A program made the position numbers and the translations under genes. Below, in pieces: positions 37,315 through 45,865 of a stretch of DNA of 64,000 bases. Each line of letters begins with the position of its first letter. The first letter of the stretch is position 1. A model generated the notes under the pieces. The model worked only from the letters and a program-made list of their open reading frames with translations. It searched no databases and had not been told where the DNA came from. This DNA comes from a virus: positions 4,605 to 68,604 of IMG/VR virus record IMGVR_UViG_3300005826_000069. One strand, written 5' to 3'.

Positions 37315-38373
37315 ATGAAATCCGGACTTACCCTTCAAGAGATGGCTGCCGAAATCCAGCGCCGCGAAGAAGCCAAGCGCGACTTTGTTTCGGACACCCG
37401 CAACCTGACCGTCGTGCCTACTGGCAACAAGTCGGTCGCCCTTGAGCTGAACGAAGAGCAGTTCCCGATCACGCAGCACGCGCTGCGCCAGATGGGTTCC
37501 CGCGTCAAGCTCCCGGCCCAGTATGCTGATCGCCTGCTGGAAGCCGGTCACGCCGACCTGCTGGCCGACAACCTATCTCAGTTGTTTGCCCGTGAGCCTG
37601 AGCAGCGCATGGTCCGCGTTCTGGACAACAAGGCTCGCGCTTTCCTGTCCAACCGCTACCGTCCGCTGGATAACTTCGACCTGTCCCACGCTGTGCTGCC
37701 TATCCTGATGGAACAGCCGCAGCTGGAGATCGTCTCCACCCAGTTCACCGAGACCCGGTTCTACATCAAGGCCGTGTTCCCCCGCGTGACTGGCGACGTG
37801 TCTGTCGGTGACCCCGTGCAGTCCGGCGTTGTGATCTCGAACTCAGAGGTCGGCGCTGGTTCCCTGACGGTCTCCCCGCTGGTCTACCGTCTGGTCTGCC
37901 TGAACGGCATGATCTCTTCGTACGGCGGCCAGAAGAAGTACCACGTCGGTCGGGCTACGAATGGCAACGGCGAAGAGGCGCTGGAAATCTTCCGCGACGA
38001 GACTGTCGAGGCTGATGACCGCGCGTTCTGGATGAAGGTGCAGGACACTGTTCGCGCCTCCACCAATCCGGAGCACTTCGAGCGCATCCTTGACGAGATG
38101 CGCAAGGCCAAGGGGATGGAGATCACTGGTCGCCCGGTCGCTGCAGTCGAAGAGCTGGCGAAGAAGTTCACCTACACCGAGAATCAGAAGGACTCCGTGC
38201 TGGAGCACCTGATGCGCGGCGGCGACTTCTCCCAGTACGGCCTGCTGAATGCGGTGACCCGTGCCTCGCAGGATCAGGACGACTACGAGACGGCCACCCA
38301 GATGGAGCGCGATGGCGGACGCATCATCGAGCTACCGAAGGCAGAGTGGACCCGCATCGCGGAAGCCGCTTAA
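37315..38373 (+). CDS. DUF932-family protein
   Basis: 'RAFLS.RYR.LDN', 'ISNSEVG.GS', 'YRLVCLNGM', 'NAVTR' motifs. Confidence 0.85.
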   Translation: MKSGLTLQEMAAEIQRREEAKRDFVSDTRNLTVVPTGNKSVALELNEEQFPITQHALRQMGSRVKLPAQYADRLLEAGHADLLADNLSQLFAREPEQRMVRVLDNKARAFLSNRYRPLDNFDLSHAVLPILMEQPQLEIVSTQFTETRFYIKAVFPRVTGDVSVGDPVQSGVVISNSEVGAGSLTVSPLVYRLVCLNGMISSYGGQKKYHVGRATNGNGEEALEIFRDETVEADDRAFWMKVQDTVRASTNPEHFERILDEMRKAKGMEITGRPVAAVEELAKKFTYTENQKDSVLEHLMRGGDFSQYGLLNAVTRASQDQDDYETATQMERDGGRIIELPKAEWTRIAEAA

Positions 38374-38380
38374 CCACCAC

Positions 38381-38402
38381 AGGGGGGCGCAAGCCCCCCT
38401 TT
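38381..38402 (+). terminator. Intrinsic terminator
   Basis: GGGGGGC-GCAA-GCCCCCC-TTT (GNRA loop). Confidence 0.7.
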
Positions 38403-38419
38403 CCTATGGAGACAAAGCC

Positions 38420-38992
38420 ATGAGTGCTGACAAGAACCTAGCGTACGCACGCAAGCTCCTAGACCGGCTGATCGAGATCGATCAGACAGTCGTGGGGCAT
38501 TACTACGAGATGGGCCGCATCCTGTCGTCCATCAACCACGGCAAGCTGACCGAGCTGCTGGGCTACGAATCGTTGGCCCATCTCATCGAAGAGGAGCTGA
38601 GCTTCGGCACCGGAACCGGCTACAAGTACATGAACGTGTACCGGCACCTGCGCCGCCTGAAGTACAACAAGACAGAGGCGCTGGAGCTGCTGGACGAGTT
38701 CGGGATCACGCAGCTGTATGCGTGGCTGACTCGCGCCACCACCAAGGCCAGCAAGCGCACGATCTACAGCGACCTCAAGTCTATCGGTGTGCCGGTCACT
38801 ATTGGCTTCTGCCTGAAGCCTGACGACCGCAAGCGGGTCACCGTGTTGATGGACACCATGGGCGCGGAGTGGTCAGAGCATGGACGGCTCAACAACTCAT
38901 CCAAGCTGTTCATGGAGATGGTCGCTGTCTGCGAGGAGGCTTACGGCATCGCAGAGCCAGCGCCTAAGTCCAAGCTCACCATTGTGAAGTAG
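38420..38992 (+). CDS. Helical putative DNA-binding protein (DUF3102-like)
   Basis: 'YYEMGRIL..I...LGYES...LIEEEL.F...TgYKYM.VY'. Confidence 0.6.
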   Translation: MSADKNLAYARKLLDRLIEIDQTVVGHYYEMGRILSSINHGKLTELLGYESLAHLIEEELSFGTGTGYKYMNVYRHLRRLKYNKTEALELLDEFGITQLYAWLTRATTKASKRTIYSDLKSIGVPVTIGFCLKPDDRKRVTVLMDTMGAEWSEHGRLNNSSKLFMEMVAVCEEAYGIAEPAPKSKLTIVK

Positions 38993-38994
38993 GC

Positions 38995-39030
38995 AAAAAA
39001 AGGCCGGGTTGGATTTCTCCGACCCGGCCT
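38995..39030 (-). terminator. Intrinsic terminator at the convergent junction
   Basis: 13-bp inverted repeat AGGCCGGGTTGGA/TCCGACCCGGCCT with a T7 run on the minus strand. Confidence 0.8.
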
Positions 39031-39108
39031 CCGAGCTTCGCCATGAAGTTCTAAGGACGTACCCGACATCCCCTGCAAGAACAAGAAGGGCCTTGCAAAG
39101 CAAGCGTC

Positions 39109-39495
39109 TCATTTTATCCGCTGCACGTCAATCCCGTACTGAGCCTCCACGATGGCACGCCTGAGCCGCGACTCGCTGGTGTCCATGCCCTTGGTGTCTT
39201 CCACAACCAGCTCGTCTCCACGCAGGTACGAGAAGTCTGCGGTGTAAGTGGCACGCCTTCCGTTTGGGTAGCCCTTCGACTTCACGAGGATCGGCTTGTC
39301 TCCGCAGCTCAGCTTGAACTTCGGATGAACCTTCAGGTCGGTGATCGCGCCTGCTCGCTCCATCAGCTTCAGCTCTTCGTACCGCCGAGCCTCCAGTTTC
39401 GAATCGAACTTGAGGCCATCGACGACGGTCTTCTTGTTTTTGTACTTCGGAACCTGCCATCCGGCTACGGCCCTTGTCGGTGCTTTCGTTCCCAC
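39109..39495 (-). CDS. DUF1064 PD-(D/E)xK endonuclease
   Basis: 'KYKNKKTVVDG.KFDSK.EA.RY.EL', 'YTADF.Y', 'VEDTKG'. Confidence 0.88.
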   Translation of the reverse strand: MGTKAPTRAVAGWQVPKYKNKKTVVDGLKFDSKLEARRYEELKLMERAGAITDLKVHPKFKLSCGDKPILVKSKGYPNGRRATYTADFSYLRGDELVVEDTKGMDTSESRLRRAIVEAQYGIDVQRIK

Positions 39496-39803
39496 ATTCG
39501 TGCCTCCAGAAAAATATCGTAGTCAAGCTGTTCGTCCACCCAGATCAGATGGGCGAGCTGCGTTCCGAATGCTGCCTCCCAAGTTTCCACGCCCATGCCA
39601 GAATCGATCCCCCGGATGCCGACGTGATACTCGGCGTGCAAAGGTATCTGCAGGAACGGGTTCTGCTTCTGCCCCATGCCGACATGCCATCCAGCCTCCT
39701 TGATCGATGCTCCATGGGTATGGTGCAGCGTAACTGGGCGCATCCGGGAGACGGCGCATGGCAGTTCTCGCAGGTTCTGCTCGTGCCTACTTACCGGGAT
39801 CAA
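39465..39803 (-). CDS. Ref/DUF968-like HNH-type nuclease
   Basis: 'LRELPC.V....TLHH...GMGQK....IPL...H...G...WE..FG'. Confidence 0.7.
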   Translation of the reverse strand: MIPVSRHEQNLRELPCAVSRMRPVTLHHTHGASIKEAGWHVGMGQKQNPFLQIPLHAEYHVGIRGIDSGMGVETWEAAFGTQLAHLIWVDEQLDYDIFLEARMWERKHRQGP

Positions 39804-40266
39804 TGCTCTTCACCGGCTTCATGTCCTTGAGTGGCAGCATAATGACAGGCTCCTTGTCTCCGTTCTGGCCGCGATCATTGCCGCCCCAAAGCACTTTCAG
39901 CTCTTTGACGTGCAGGTAGCTTACGGCATCGAAGTACATCATGCTGCCGTCTTCGAACTGGTAGATCATCAGCGCCGGAACACGAGCGGTCCAGCCAAGC
40001 TGCCTGAGCTTTGCCCACTTGGCTAGACTCAGCATCATTTCTGGGTACTGCCTGTCACGATACTTGTACTCTGCAAAAGCACAGATTCGATCATCCCTCC
40101 GCAGGCACCAGTCAATCTCGTACAGGAAGGGCGACAGGTCTTCGACCACGCAGTGCCATCGCCTTTCAATGAACAGCGCCGCTGTCGCTTGACGCTGCCT
40201 GTCTTCCTCGCTTTCATTGCATTCACGCCATTTCAAAACGGTGTCCCCTTGCGCTCTGACAGCCAT
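39787..40266 (-). CDS. PD-(D/E)xK-like protein
   Basis: 'YEIDW...FAEYK.R...MLSLAKW...DRG..GD.EP'. Confidence 0.65.
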   Translation of the reverse strand: MAVRAQGDTVLKWRECNESEEDRQRQATAALFIERRWHCVVEDLSPFLYEIDWCLRRDDRICAFAEYKYRDRQYPEMMLSLAKWAKLRQLGWTARVPALMIYQFEDGSMMYFDAVSYLHVKELKVLWGGNDRGQNGDKEPVIMLPLKDMKPVKSIDPGK

Positions 40267-40904
40267 GCTGCAAATGGCTTGCGGACCTGATCGTGAAACG
40301 ACTGAGCGATAGACTCATGCTGGTCCAGCAGACTGCGTGAATCGATCCCAAGGCGGTCCCGAATGAACTCCGCTGCCTCCTGCTCGTTCCTGACCCGCCA
40401 CTCACCCTGCAGCTCGGCCCAGCTCCAGAAGTCTGGGTTGTTACCCATCATGGCCGCCACCTGAGACAGCCTCTGTGGCCTTTTACCGGGCTTCTGGTGA
40501 TTCTCGACCGTCTCCCTTGCCTTCTGGTCAATCACGGTGTCATCGTCGTCCAGCTCGACCAGAGCGGCCATAAAGGAATCCTTGCCGCGCTCGAAGCCCT
40601 CGAACACATGCATCCCGTTGTCCGGGGGAGGACACCAGAACTCCACGCTGTGCCCCGTGGCTGAGCTGTCCTGCCAGTTCGCCAGCATCAGCTCCACCAC
40701 GACGCTGGCCTTATCCTGTACGTGAACCAGCGACACGCTGAATCGTGTCCCGGCCTTTCCCTTGCGGCGCTTGGTGAAATACTTGAACGGATTCGGCCCG
40801 TCGCTCCCGCCCACGATCTTGAACTTGACCTTGTGCCCAGCGTTGTCGGACCACGTAGCGGCTGACAGGATCAGCTCGCCCCTCCATGCAATGTTCTGTT
40901 CCAT
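40233..40904 (-). CDS. Conserved phage replication-region protein
   Basis: C-terminal 'AAM...P.FW.W...AAEFIR..LGI.SRS.LD' motif. Confidence 0.65.
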   Translation of the reverse strand: MEQNIAWRGELILSAATWSDNAGHKVKFKIVGGSDGPNPFKYFTKRRKGKAGTRFSVSLVHVQDKASVVVELMLANWQDSSATGHSVEFWCPPPDNGMHVFEGFERGKDSFMAALVELDDDDTVIDQKARETVENHQKPGKRPQRLSQVAAMMGNNPDFWSWAELQGEWRVRNEQEAAEFIRDRLGIDSRSLLDQHESIAQSFHDQVRKPFAAWLSERKGTPF

Positions 40905-40958
40905 GTTGCCCCCTTCAATGCGCGACGGCACGAGTCTCCCCGTGCCGCCGCATCATCG

Positions 40959-41159
40959 TTACTTCTTGGCCTTTGCTTTCGGCGGGGAGCGCTTGACTCC
41001 CTCCGTGCGCAGCGTCAGGCCGCCATTGTCCAGCGACCAGCCGACAACAGGCTTGCCTGCCTTGCCGTCGCCAGCAGCCACGACCAGCTGGTCGGTTTCC
41101 TTGACCAGACCTGCCGCAATCAGGCTGGCGATTTTTTCACTTACTTCTTTCAGGTTCAT
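40959..41159 (-). CDS. Small basic hypothetical protein
   Basis: AGGGG RBS before MNLKEV. Confidence 0.55.
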   Translation of the reverse strand: MNLKEVSEKIASLIAAGLVKETDQLVVAAGDGKAGKPVVGWSLDNGGLTLRTEGVKRSPPKAKAKK

Positions 41160-41194
41160 CTTCGTACCCCTTTGGTTGATGCGCGTCAGCGCGG

Positions 41195-42157
41195 TTAAAA
41201 ATACGCTCTCATGTCTACGTGGAAATTTTTGTCTTGCGTGTCGCTGCAATCCGACTCGTTGAAAACATCAAGCGGGTCGTGACCCTGAACCGTCGGTAGG
41301 AACACGCGGATATTGCAATCCCTGTTGACGTTCCAGTACGAGTTAGCAAGCTGGTAAGCAGCCGCCTGACCAGTGAAGCTCTCGTCACAGTCTGCATAGA
41401 TGTTAAGCACCCTCAGTTCCTTTGGCAGGCTCATCTGCGCCATCATGTTAGCCGAGATGCCGCACCACGTTGGCTGGTTTCTCATTGCGCGCGCAGCGAA
41501 TCCCGACTCGACTCCCTCAGCCACGCACAGGCACCCACCCTCTTCCGGATCGCCGAGGCGAATGGCTCCGCCTGCGATTGTGGTAACCGGCGGCATGACC
41601 TTCTTCCATCGCCTTCCATTGCCGATATAAATCCTGTGCAGGCTTACAGGGTGTCCCGTTGGCGACTGAATCAGCGAGACAACGCCATGGTATCGAGCGT
41701 TTGTTGTCGCGTCATAGAGACAGTCGGACCCCCTTACCGTGACTGGCAGCTCATCTTCAGAGTCGATCTTCAGTCCTCTCGACCGCAGATAATCCACGGC
41801 GATATCCGGGCGCTGCGCGGCCTTCCAGACGGTGTTCAGAATCCTGCGCTTTGCTGCTTCACTCAACTCGTCCTTGAATGGCTCCGCGCTGGACTGTCCA
41901 GCGACCTCTTCGACACGCTTTAGCACGGTCTTGAAGTCCGTCATCAGGTGATGCATCAGCAGTGTGAAGCCATCACCAGCGCCACACTGGTTGCAGAACC
42001 ATGTGCCTTCTCCGTTTTTGTCGTCGAATCGAAACCTGTCCTTGCCCTGACAGATCGGGCATGGACCATGAATGTTGCGCAGGAACTTCTCGTCCACACC
42101 CAGTGCGATCAGGATCGATCTCCACTTTCCTCTGAACTTGTTTGCTGCCTCAGACAC
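41195..42157 (-). CDS. DNA primase (P4 alpha-type Zn ribbon plus TOPRIM)
   Basis: 'HGPCPICQGKDRFRFDD...WFCNQCGAGDG', 'VAEGVES', 'IYADCD'; GTG start after GGGGAG. Confidence 0.88.
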   Translation of the reverse strand: MSEAANKFRGKWRSILIALGVDEKFLRNIHGPCPICQGKDRFRFDDKNGEGTWFCNQCGAGDGFTLLMHHLMTDFKTVLKRVEEVAGQSSAEPFKDELSEAAKRRILNTVWKAAQRPDIAVDYLRSRGLKIDSEDELPVTVRGSDCLYDATTNARYHGVVSLIQSPTGHPVSLHRIYIGNGRRWKKVMPPVTTIAGGAIRLGDPEEGGCLCVAEGVESGFAARAMRNQPTWCGISANMMAQMSLPKELRVLNIYADCDESFTGQAAAYQLANSYWNVNRDCNIRVFLPTVQGHDPLDVFNESDCSDTQDKNFHVDMRAYF

Positions 42158-43682
42158 GCTGCTCCCCCCTTTCCTTTGCCTTGGCTTTGCCCTTAGCGTA
42201 TGCGATGCCCATGCTCCTGATGTATGACTTGCACTCAGGAGTGGGGGTCTCGATGTAAGTCTGGTCGGTCCACGTTCGTGGCGGCCACTCTTTGAACTTG
42301 CGCTTGTATGCGTGTGCTGCCCAGCCGATCTTCTTTCCCTTGTCCTCGGCATGGAACCGGAACATCCTATACCAGCGCTGCTTGTCCGTCAGTGAGTACG
42401 TGACCTTCTTTGCCGCGACTCGCTGCCTCTTGTCCAGCTTGTTCAGTTCGCCGTTGCGGGTCTCGTACCACTTGCCTTGTCTCTCGGGCTTGTGGCCGCA
42501 GCCCGGACACACGACCTGCCCTTCGTACACCATTGCACAGTTCACACAAGTGATCGTTTTGGCCGCGCGCTCGCGCTGCTTCTTCTCCCTCTCCATGTGC
42601 AGCGTCTTGCTCTCTTCGAGCGCCCACTCTCGCGGGTCCTCGATCAGGCCGTGCTGGTAGACGTTGCCGGAGTGATCAATGATGAGCGTGTCCTGCTTGC
42701 CTATCTCCGGCCTGAGCGTCCGCCCTGCCATCTGTAGATACAGGCCGAGCGATTTGGTTGGCCTTGCCAGCACACACGCTGACAGCTTTGGCAGGTCAAA
42801 CCCTTCTGTCAGCACCATGCAGTTGGTCACCACCTGATACTGCCCTGACTTCAGCCCTCGAATCGCATCGTCACGCTCTGGCTTTCCCATCGTGCCATCG
42901 ATATGGATTGCTCGTGCCCCGGACTTCCTGAACTCTTCGCAAAGATGGATAGAGTGGTCAACGCCAGACGCGAACACGATGGTCGGCCTATCTGCCGCGA
43001 GCCTGTGCCAGTGTGACACGATGTCGCCCACCAGCTCACGATGGTTCATCGCTTCCTCAAGCTGCTTGGAGTTGTAGTCTCCCGCTGTGATTTTCACGCC
43101 CGTGAGATCAGGGATCGTCGGCGCGTAGTATTCCGGTTGCACTAGATAGCCCAGCTTGATCAGCTTCGCTACGGATGGGCACCTGACCATATGCGTGTAG
43201 ACATCGCCAAGCCCCCTGCCATCTGTGCGCACCGGGGTCGCCGTCATGCCGATCACAATGGCATCCGGATACGCTTCAATCATCTTGAGGTAAGTCGGAG
43301 ACAGGGAGCGATGTGCTTCATCGATGAATACGATGTCCGCCTTCGGCAGCGGAATCCTGCCAGAAGAAAGCGACCACTCTCGCAGCGAATCAATCGATGC
43401 CACCTGCACTTCGAACTCCATCTGCAGGAACTCGCCGGACATGATGACCCCGTGATCCACGCCGAACTTGTACAGCTTGCTGGCGCACTGCTTCACCAGC
43501 TCCCTACGATGAGCAAGGAACAAGATGCGTGAACCTTTCTCTTCAGCCTGCCGAATGATGTGTGATGCGATGACGGTTTTCCCTGCGCCTGTCGGTGCCT
43601 GTAGGATCACCCGCCTGCCACCCACGCGGAACACTTCGCGCAGAGCATCTACTGCTTCGTATTGAAATTGGCGAAGTTCCAT
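42150..43682 (-). CDS. SF2 DEAH helicase with C-terminal Zn finger
   Basis: 'APTGAGKT', 'DEAH', 'TATP', 'QMAGRTLR', CxxC...CxxC. Confidence 0.92.
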   Translation of the reverse strand: MELRQFQYEAVDALREVFRVGGRRVILQAPTGAGKTVIASHIIRQAEEKGSRILFLAHRRELVKQCASKLYKFGVDHGVIMSGEFLQMEFEVQVASIDSLREWSLSSGRIPLPKADIVFIDEAHRSLSPTYLKMIEAYPDAIVIGMTATPVRTDGRGLGDVYTHMVRCPSVAKLIKLGYLVQPEYYAPTIPDLTGVKITAGDYNSKQLEEAMNHRELVGDIVSHWHRLAADRPTIVFASGVDHSIHLCEEFRKSGARAIHIDGTMGKPERDDAIRGLKSGQYQVVTNCMVLTEGFDLPKLSACVLARPTKSLGLYLQMAGRTLRPEIGKQDTLIIDHSGNVYQHGLIEDPREWALEESKTLHMEREKKQRERAAKTITCVNCAMVYEGQVVCPGCGHKPERQGKWYETRNGELNKLDKRQRVAAKKVTYSLTDKQRWYRMFRFHAEDKGKKIGWAAHAYKRKFKEWPPRTWTDQTYIETPTPECKSYIRSMGIAYAKGKAKAKERGEQRV

Positions 43683-43691
43683 GGTCGGTAC

Positions 43692-43740
43692 AGTTTATCA
43701 ATCAGTGCTAATTACTTCAACAAAAAATGATAACGAGATT
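43692..43740 (-). promoter_or_regulatory. Promoter of the replication operon (near-leaderless)
   Basis: TTGAAG-17-TAAACT, 9 nt before the helicase ATG; upstream AATCTCGTTATCA identical to 33901-33913. Confidence 0.7.
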
Positions 43741-43863
43741 TTTTGTTTCGGGTGCAGACCTCCCCTTTCCGGGAGAACGCCACTACTGGGCTTCGTCCCG
43801 TACTTCGGCTTCCGGTCGGACCTCCTACGAGGCTTCTCCCGTGCGGCAGGAAGGGGTCACCTG

Positions 43864-44100
43864 TTATTCCGCAGAATGGCTTTTCTGGTAGGCAGGCACC
43901 AAGCGGACCTCGCGAACTCTCAGCGTACCGGGCTGGATCGGAGGGAATTTGTTTGCGCTGTCCGCGACGGGGAGGTAGACTTTCCGCGTCGGGAAATGTT
44001 CAGGCGGCAAACCTTTCCACTTCTTCCCGATCACGGCCCGGTTGAGTTCTTCGCTCACCGGGCCGAATCTTTTTCTACGCCCGTTTCTTTTTCTTGTCAA
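43864..44100 (-). CDS. Basic hypothetical protein
   Basis: 78-aa ORF overlapping the end of the HTH gene. Confidence 0.35.
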   Translation of the reverse strand: MTRKRNGRRKRFGPVSEELNRAVIGKKWKGLPPEHFPTRKVYLPVADSANKFPPIQPGTLRVREVRLVPAYQKSHSAE

Positions 44101-44413
44101 TCTTGGGTGAGCTGGTCTTGACCTGCTGCACGTCTGAGTACAGGTCGATAGGATCGAGCGGGTAATTATTTTCTTCTGCGAGTTGAAGCAAGCGCATCAG
44201 TGTGCGCCCACCGGGTCGGCTCCTGTTCGCTGTTTCCCAAACACGAAGCGTTGCCGGACACACGCCGACGAGTTCTGAGAATTCTGTTCTATTGAGGCGA
44301 AGCTCTTCGCGAAACCTGCGCACGGCGTTTGGATGTAATGGCGCTGAGTTGGTCCTGAGTATCGGGCGGAATCGCTTCTGGCTTTTGCTCATAACGGATG
44401 TCTCCATGTCCAT
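44075..44413 (-). CDS. XRE/Cro-like HTH regulator
   Basis: 'VRRFREELRLNRTEFSELVGVC.ATLRVWE....RP'. Confidence 0.85.
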   Translation of the reverse strand: MDMETSVMSKSQKRFRPILRTNSAPLHPNAVRRFREELRLNRTEFSELVGVCPATLRVWETANRSRPGGRTLMRLLQLAEENNYPLDPIDLYSDVQQVKTSSPKIDKKKKRA

Positions 44414-44473
44414 GATCTGCTCTCTGACGTGTGTTTAAGGTTGATAAAATACTTGGGGTTCGAGTGAACGAGT

Positions 44474-44515
44474 TTAGCATCAAGTGTTGACTCTGTTCCA
44501 CACTGGGCGTAATCT
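44474..44515 (+). promoter_or_regulatory. Sigma70-type promoter with upstream conserved element
   Basis: TTAGCA-N6-G-TTGACT-17-TAATCT. Confidence 0.75.
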
Positions 44516-44522
44516 TCGTTTC

Positions 44523-44625
44523 GTGCCCGAGGTCGGAGTCAAAGGGTTATCCTCCTAAGATGCTTCCCTTAGACGTTCATTGAAGACGAGGTTGGTCACC
44601 GGAGGCTTGCTAAGGCCGCTCGCAC
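44523..44625 (+). ncRNA. Candidate Y-RNA-like ncRNA
   Basis: Starts at the predicted TSS; GTCGGAG resembles the bacterial Y RNA GNCGAAN(0-1)G motif; stem GTCAAAGGG/CCCTTAGAC; terminal GTGC/GCAC pairing; Ro60 fragment lies downstream. Confidence 0.45.
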
Positions 44626-44681
44626 GTTGCTGAAATACATGTCGGTTCCCGGCGCGAAGATTCAGAAACTGAGGAGGCGCG

Positions 44682-44879
44682 ATGACTGACAACCTGATAG
44701 GGAAACGCGCCTTAGTACGGCTCTCTAGTGCGCCTGATGACATGCTTAATGGTACAGTCCTGTATAGACCGCAAACAATCGGGGATTGCTGGATCATTCG
44801 TGACGATGCTGGATGCACGTTTTACGTCCAATCATACCAATGGGTTATGTTTCGTCTAGGGGATGATTTAAATGACTGA
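44682..44879 (+). CDS. Hypothetical protein
   Basis: GAGGAGG RBS. Confidence 0.6.
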   Translation: MTDNLIGKRALVRLSSAPDDMLNGTVLYRPQTIGDCWIIRDDAGCTFYVQSYQWVMFRLGDDLND

Positions 44880-45051
44880 CCAAGCGAGCAACTTAGTATT
44901 AAGGGCGATGGCATGGGAGCGAGCAAAGGGAGAGCTTCGGTCTATCACTGCCGCCTATATGCACGAAGAAGAAAAATTTAATCAGTGGCTTGAGAAGGTT
45001 GAGCAGTTTATTCAGGAAGTTGAGGATTACGCGATTGGCGGGCTTGGATAA
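44872..45051 (+). CDS. 59-aa hypothetical protein (below the ORF-track cut-off)
   Basis: MTDQASNLVLRAMAWERAKGELRS... Confidence 0.6.
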   Translation: MTDQASNLVLRAMAWERAKGELRSITAAYMHEEEKFNQWLEKVEQFIQEVEDYAIGGLG

Positions 45052-45071
45052 ATTTCATTAGGAGAACAGCC

Positions 45072-45311
45072 ATGACTGACGTGTTCGTGGTAATCACCGA
45101 TAACGAGACTTGGGCTGGCAACATCAAGCCGCATCAGGCGCTGGCGAAGTACCGTGAGGCGACTGGTATTCCAGCCAAGCTGATCGTAATGGGCGTGACC
45201 GCGACCCCGTTCACCATCGCTGATCCGAATGATGCGGGGATGCTCGACATCGCCGGGTTCGATTCTGCGGTGCCTGCGCTGGTGGCTGACTTCATTCGGG
45301 AGGGCTTGTGA
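45072..45311 (+). CDS. Stand-alone C-terminal fragment of Ro60/Rsr (TROVE-associated vWA tail)
   Basis: 'DVFVVITDNETWAG.I.P..AL..YR...GI.AKLIV.G.....FTIADP.DAGMLDIAGFDS..P.LV.DF'; AGGAG RBS. Confidence 0.88.
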   Translation: MTDVFVVITDNETWAGNIKPHQALAKYREATGIPAKLIVMGVTATPFTIADPNDAGMLDIAGFDSAVPALVADFIREGL

Positions 45312-45853
45312 TGAAACAGTTGATCATCCATCCCGAAGACAGGAGCACGATCTTTTTGTCGCGACTGTACAGGGACCTGCCGGACGCAACTATTGTGACC
45401 GGCGGGGTTCCCCGTGCGCACCTGCGCAAAATGATCGACCAGCATGATCAGGTCATTATGATGGGGCACGGGTCTCCCTACGGGCTTCTGTCCGTGGGGA
45501 GATTCAATGGCCATGGCTATGTCATCGACGACAGCTTTGCTGGACAGCTGTCTGAGCGCGATAACTCGGTGTTTATCTGGTGCAACGCTGATGCTTTCGT
45601 GAAGTGGCACCGTCTGCGCGGGTTCTATACCGGGATGTTCATCAGCGAGAGCGCCGAAGCCCATATGTGCGGCATCCCTGTGGCCCGTGAGGACGAGATC
45701 GAGGAGTCCAACGATACCTTCATGGATGTTGTCGGGCGGTTCATCAGGCACGAGCCACGGCTGATCTGGGCGGCAGCTCGCCATGAATATGGAAAGCTCG
45801 CCCAGAGGAACCCGGTTGCCGCCTATAATCACAGGCGTTTGTATCTCAGCTGA
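45311..45853 (+). CDS. Clan CD (caspase/CHAT/gingipain-like) cysteine protease
   Basis: 'VIMMGHGS' and 'VFIWCNA' give a His-Cys dyad after hydrophobic strands; TGATG coupling to the Ro fragment. Confidence 0.6.
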   Translation: MKQLIIHPEDRSTIFLSRLYRDLPDATIVTGGVPRAHLRKMIDQHDQVIMMGHGSPYGLLSVGRFNGHGYVIDDSFAGQLSERDNSVFIWCNADAFVKWHRLRGFYTGMFISESAEAHMCGIPVAREDEIEESNDTFMDVVGRFIRHEPRLIWAAARHEYGKLAQRNPVAAYNHRRLYLS

Positions 45854-45865
45854 CCCCGCCCTGAT

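Noticed and set aside
43740-43864. Replication origin or ncRNA upstream of the helicase promoter
   Set aside because: No iterons and no convincing stems found by eye.
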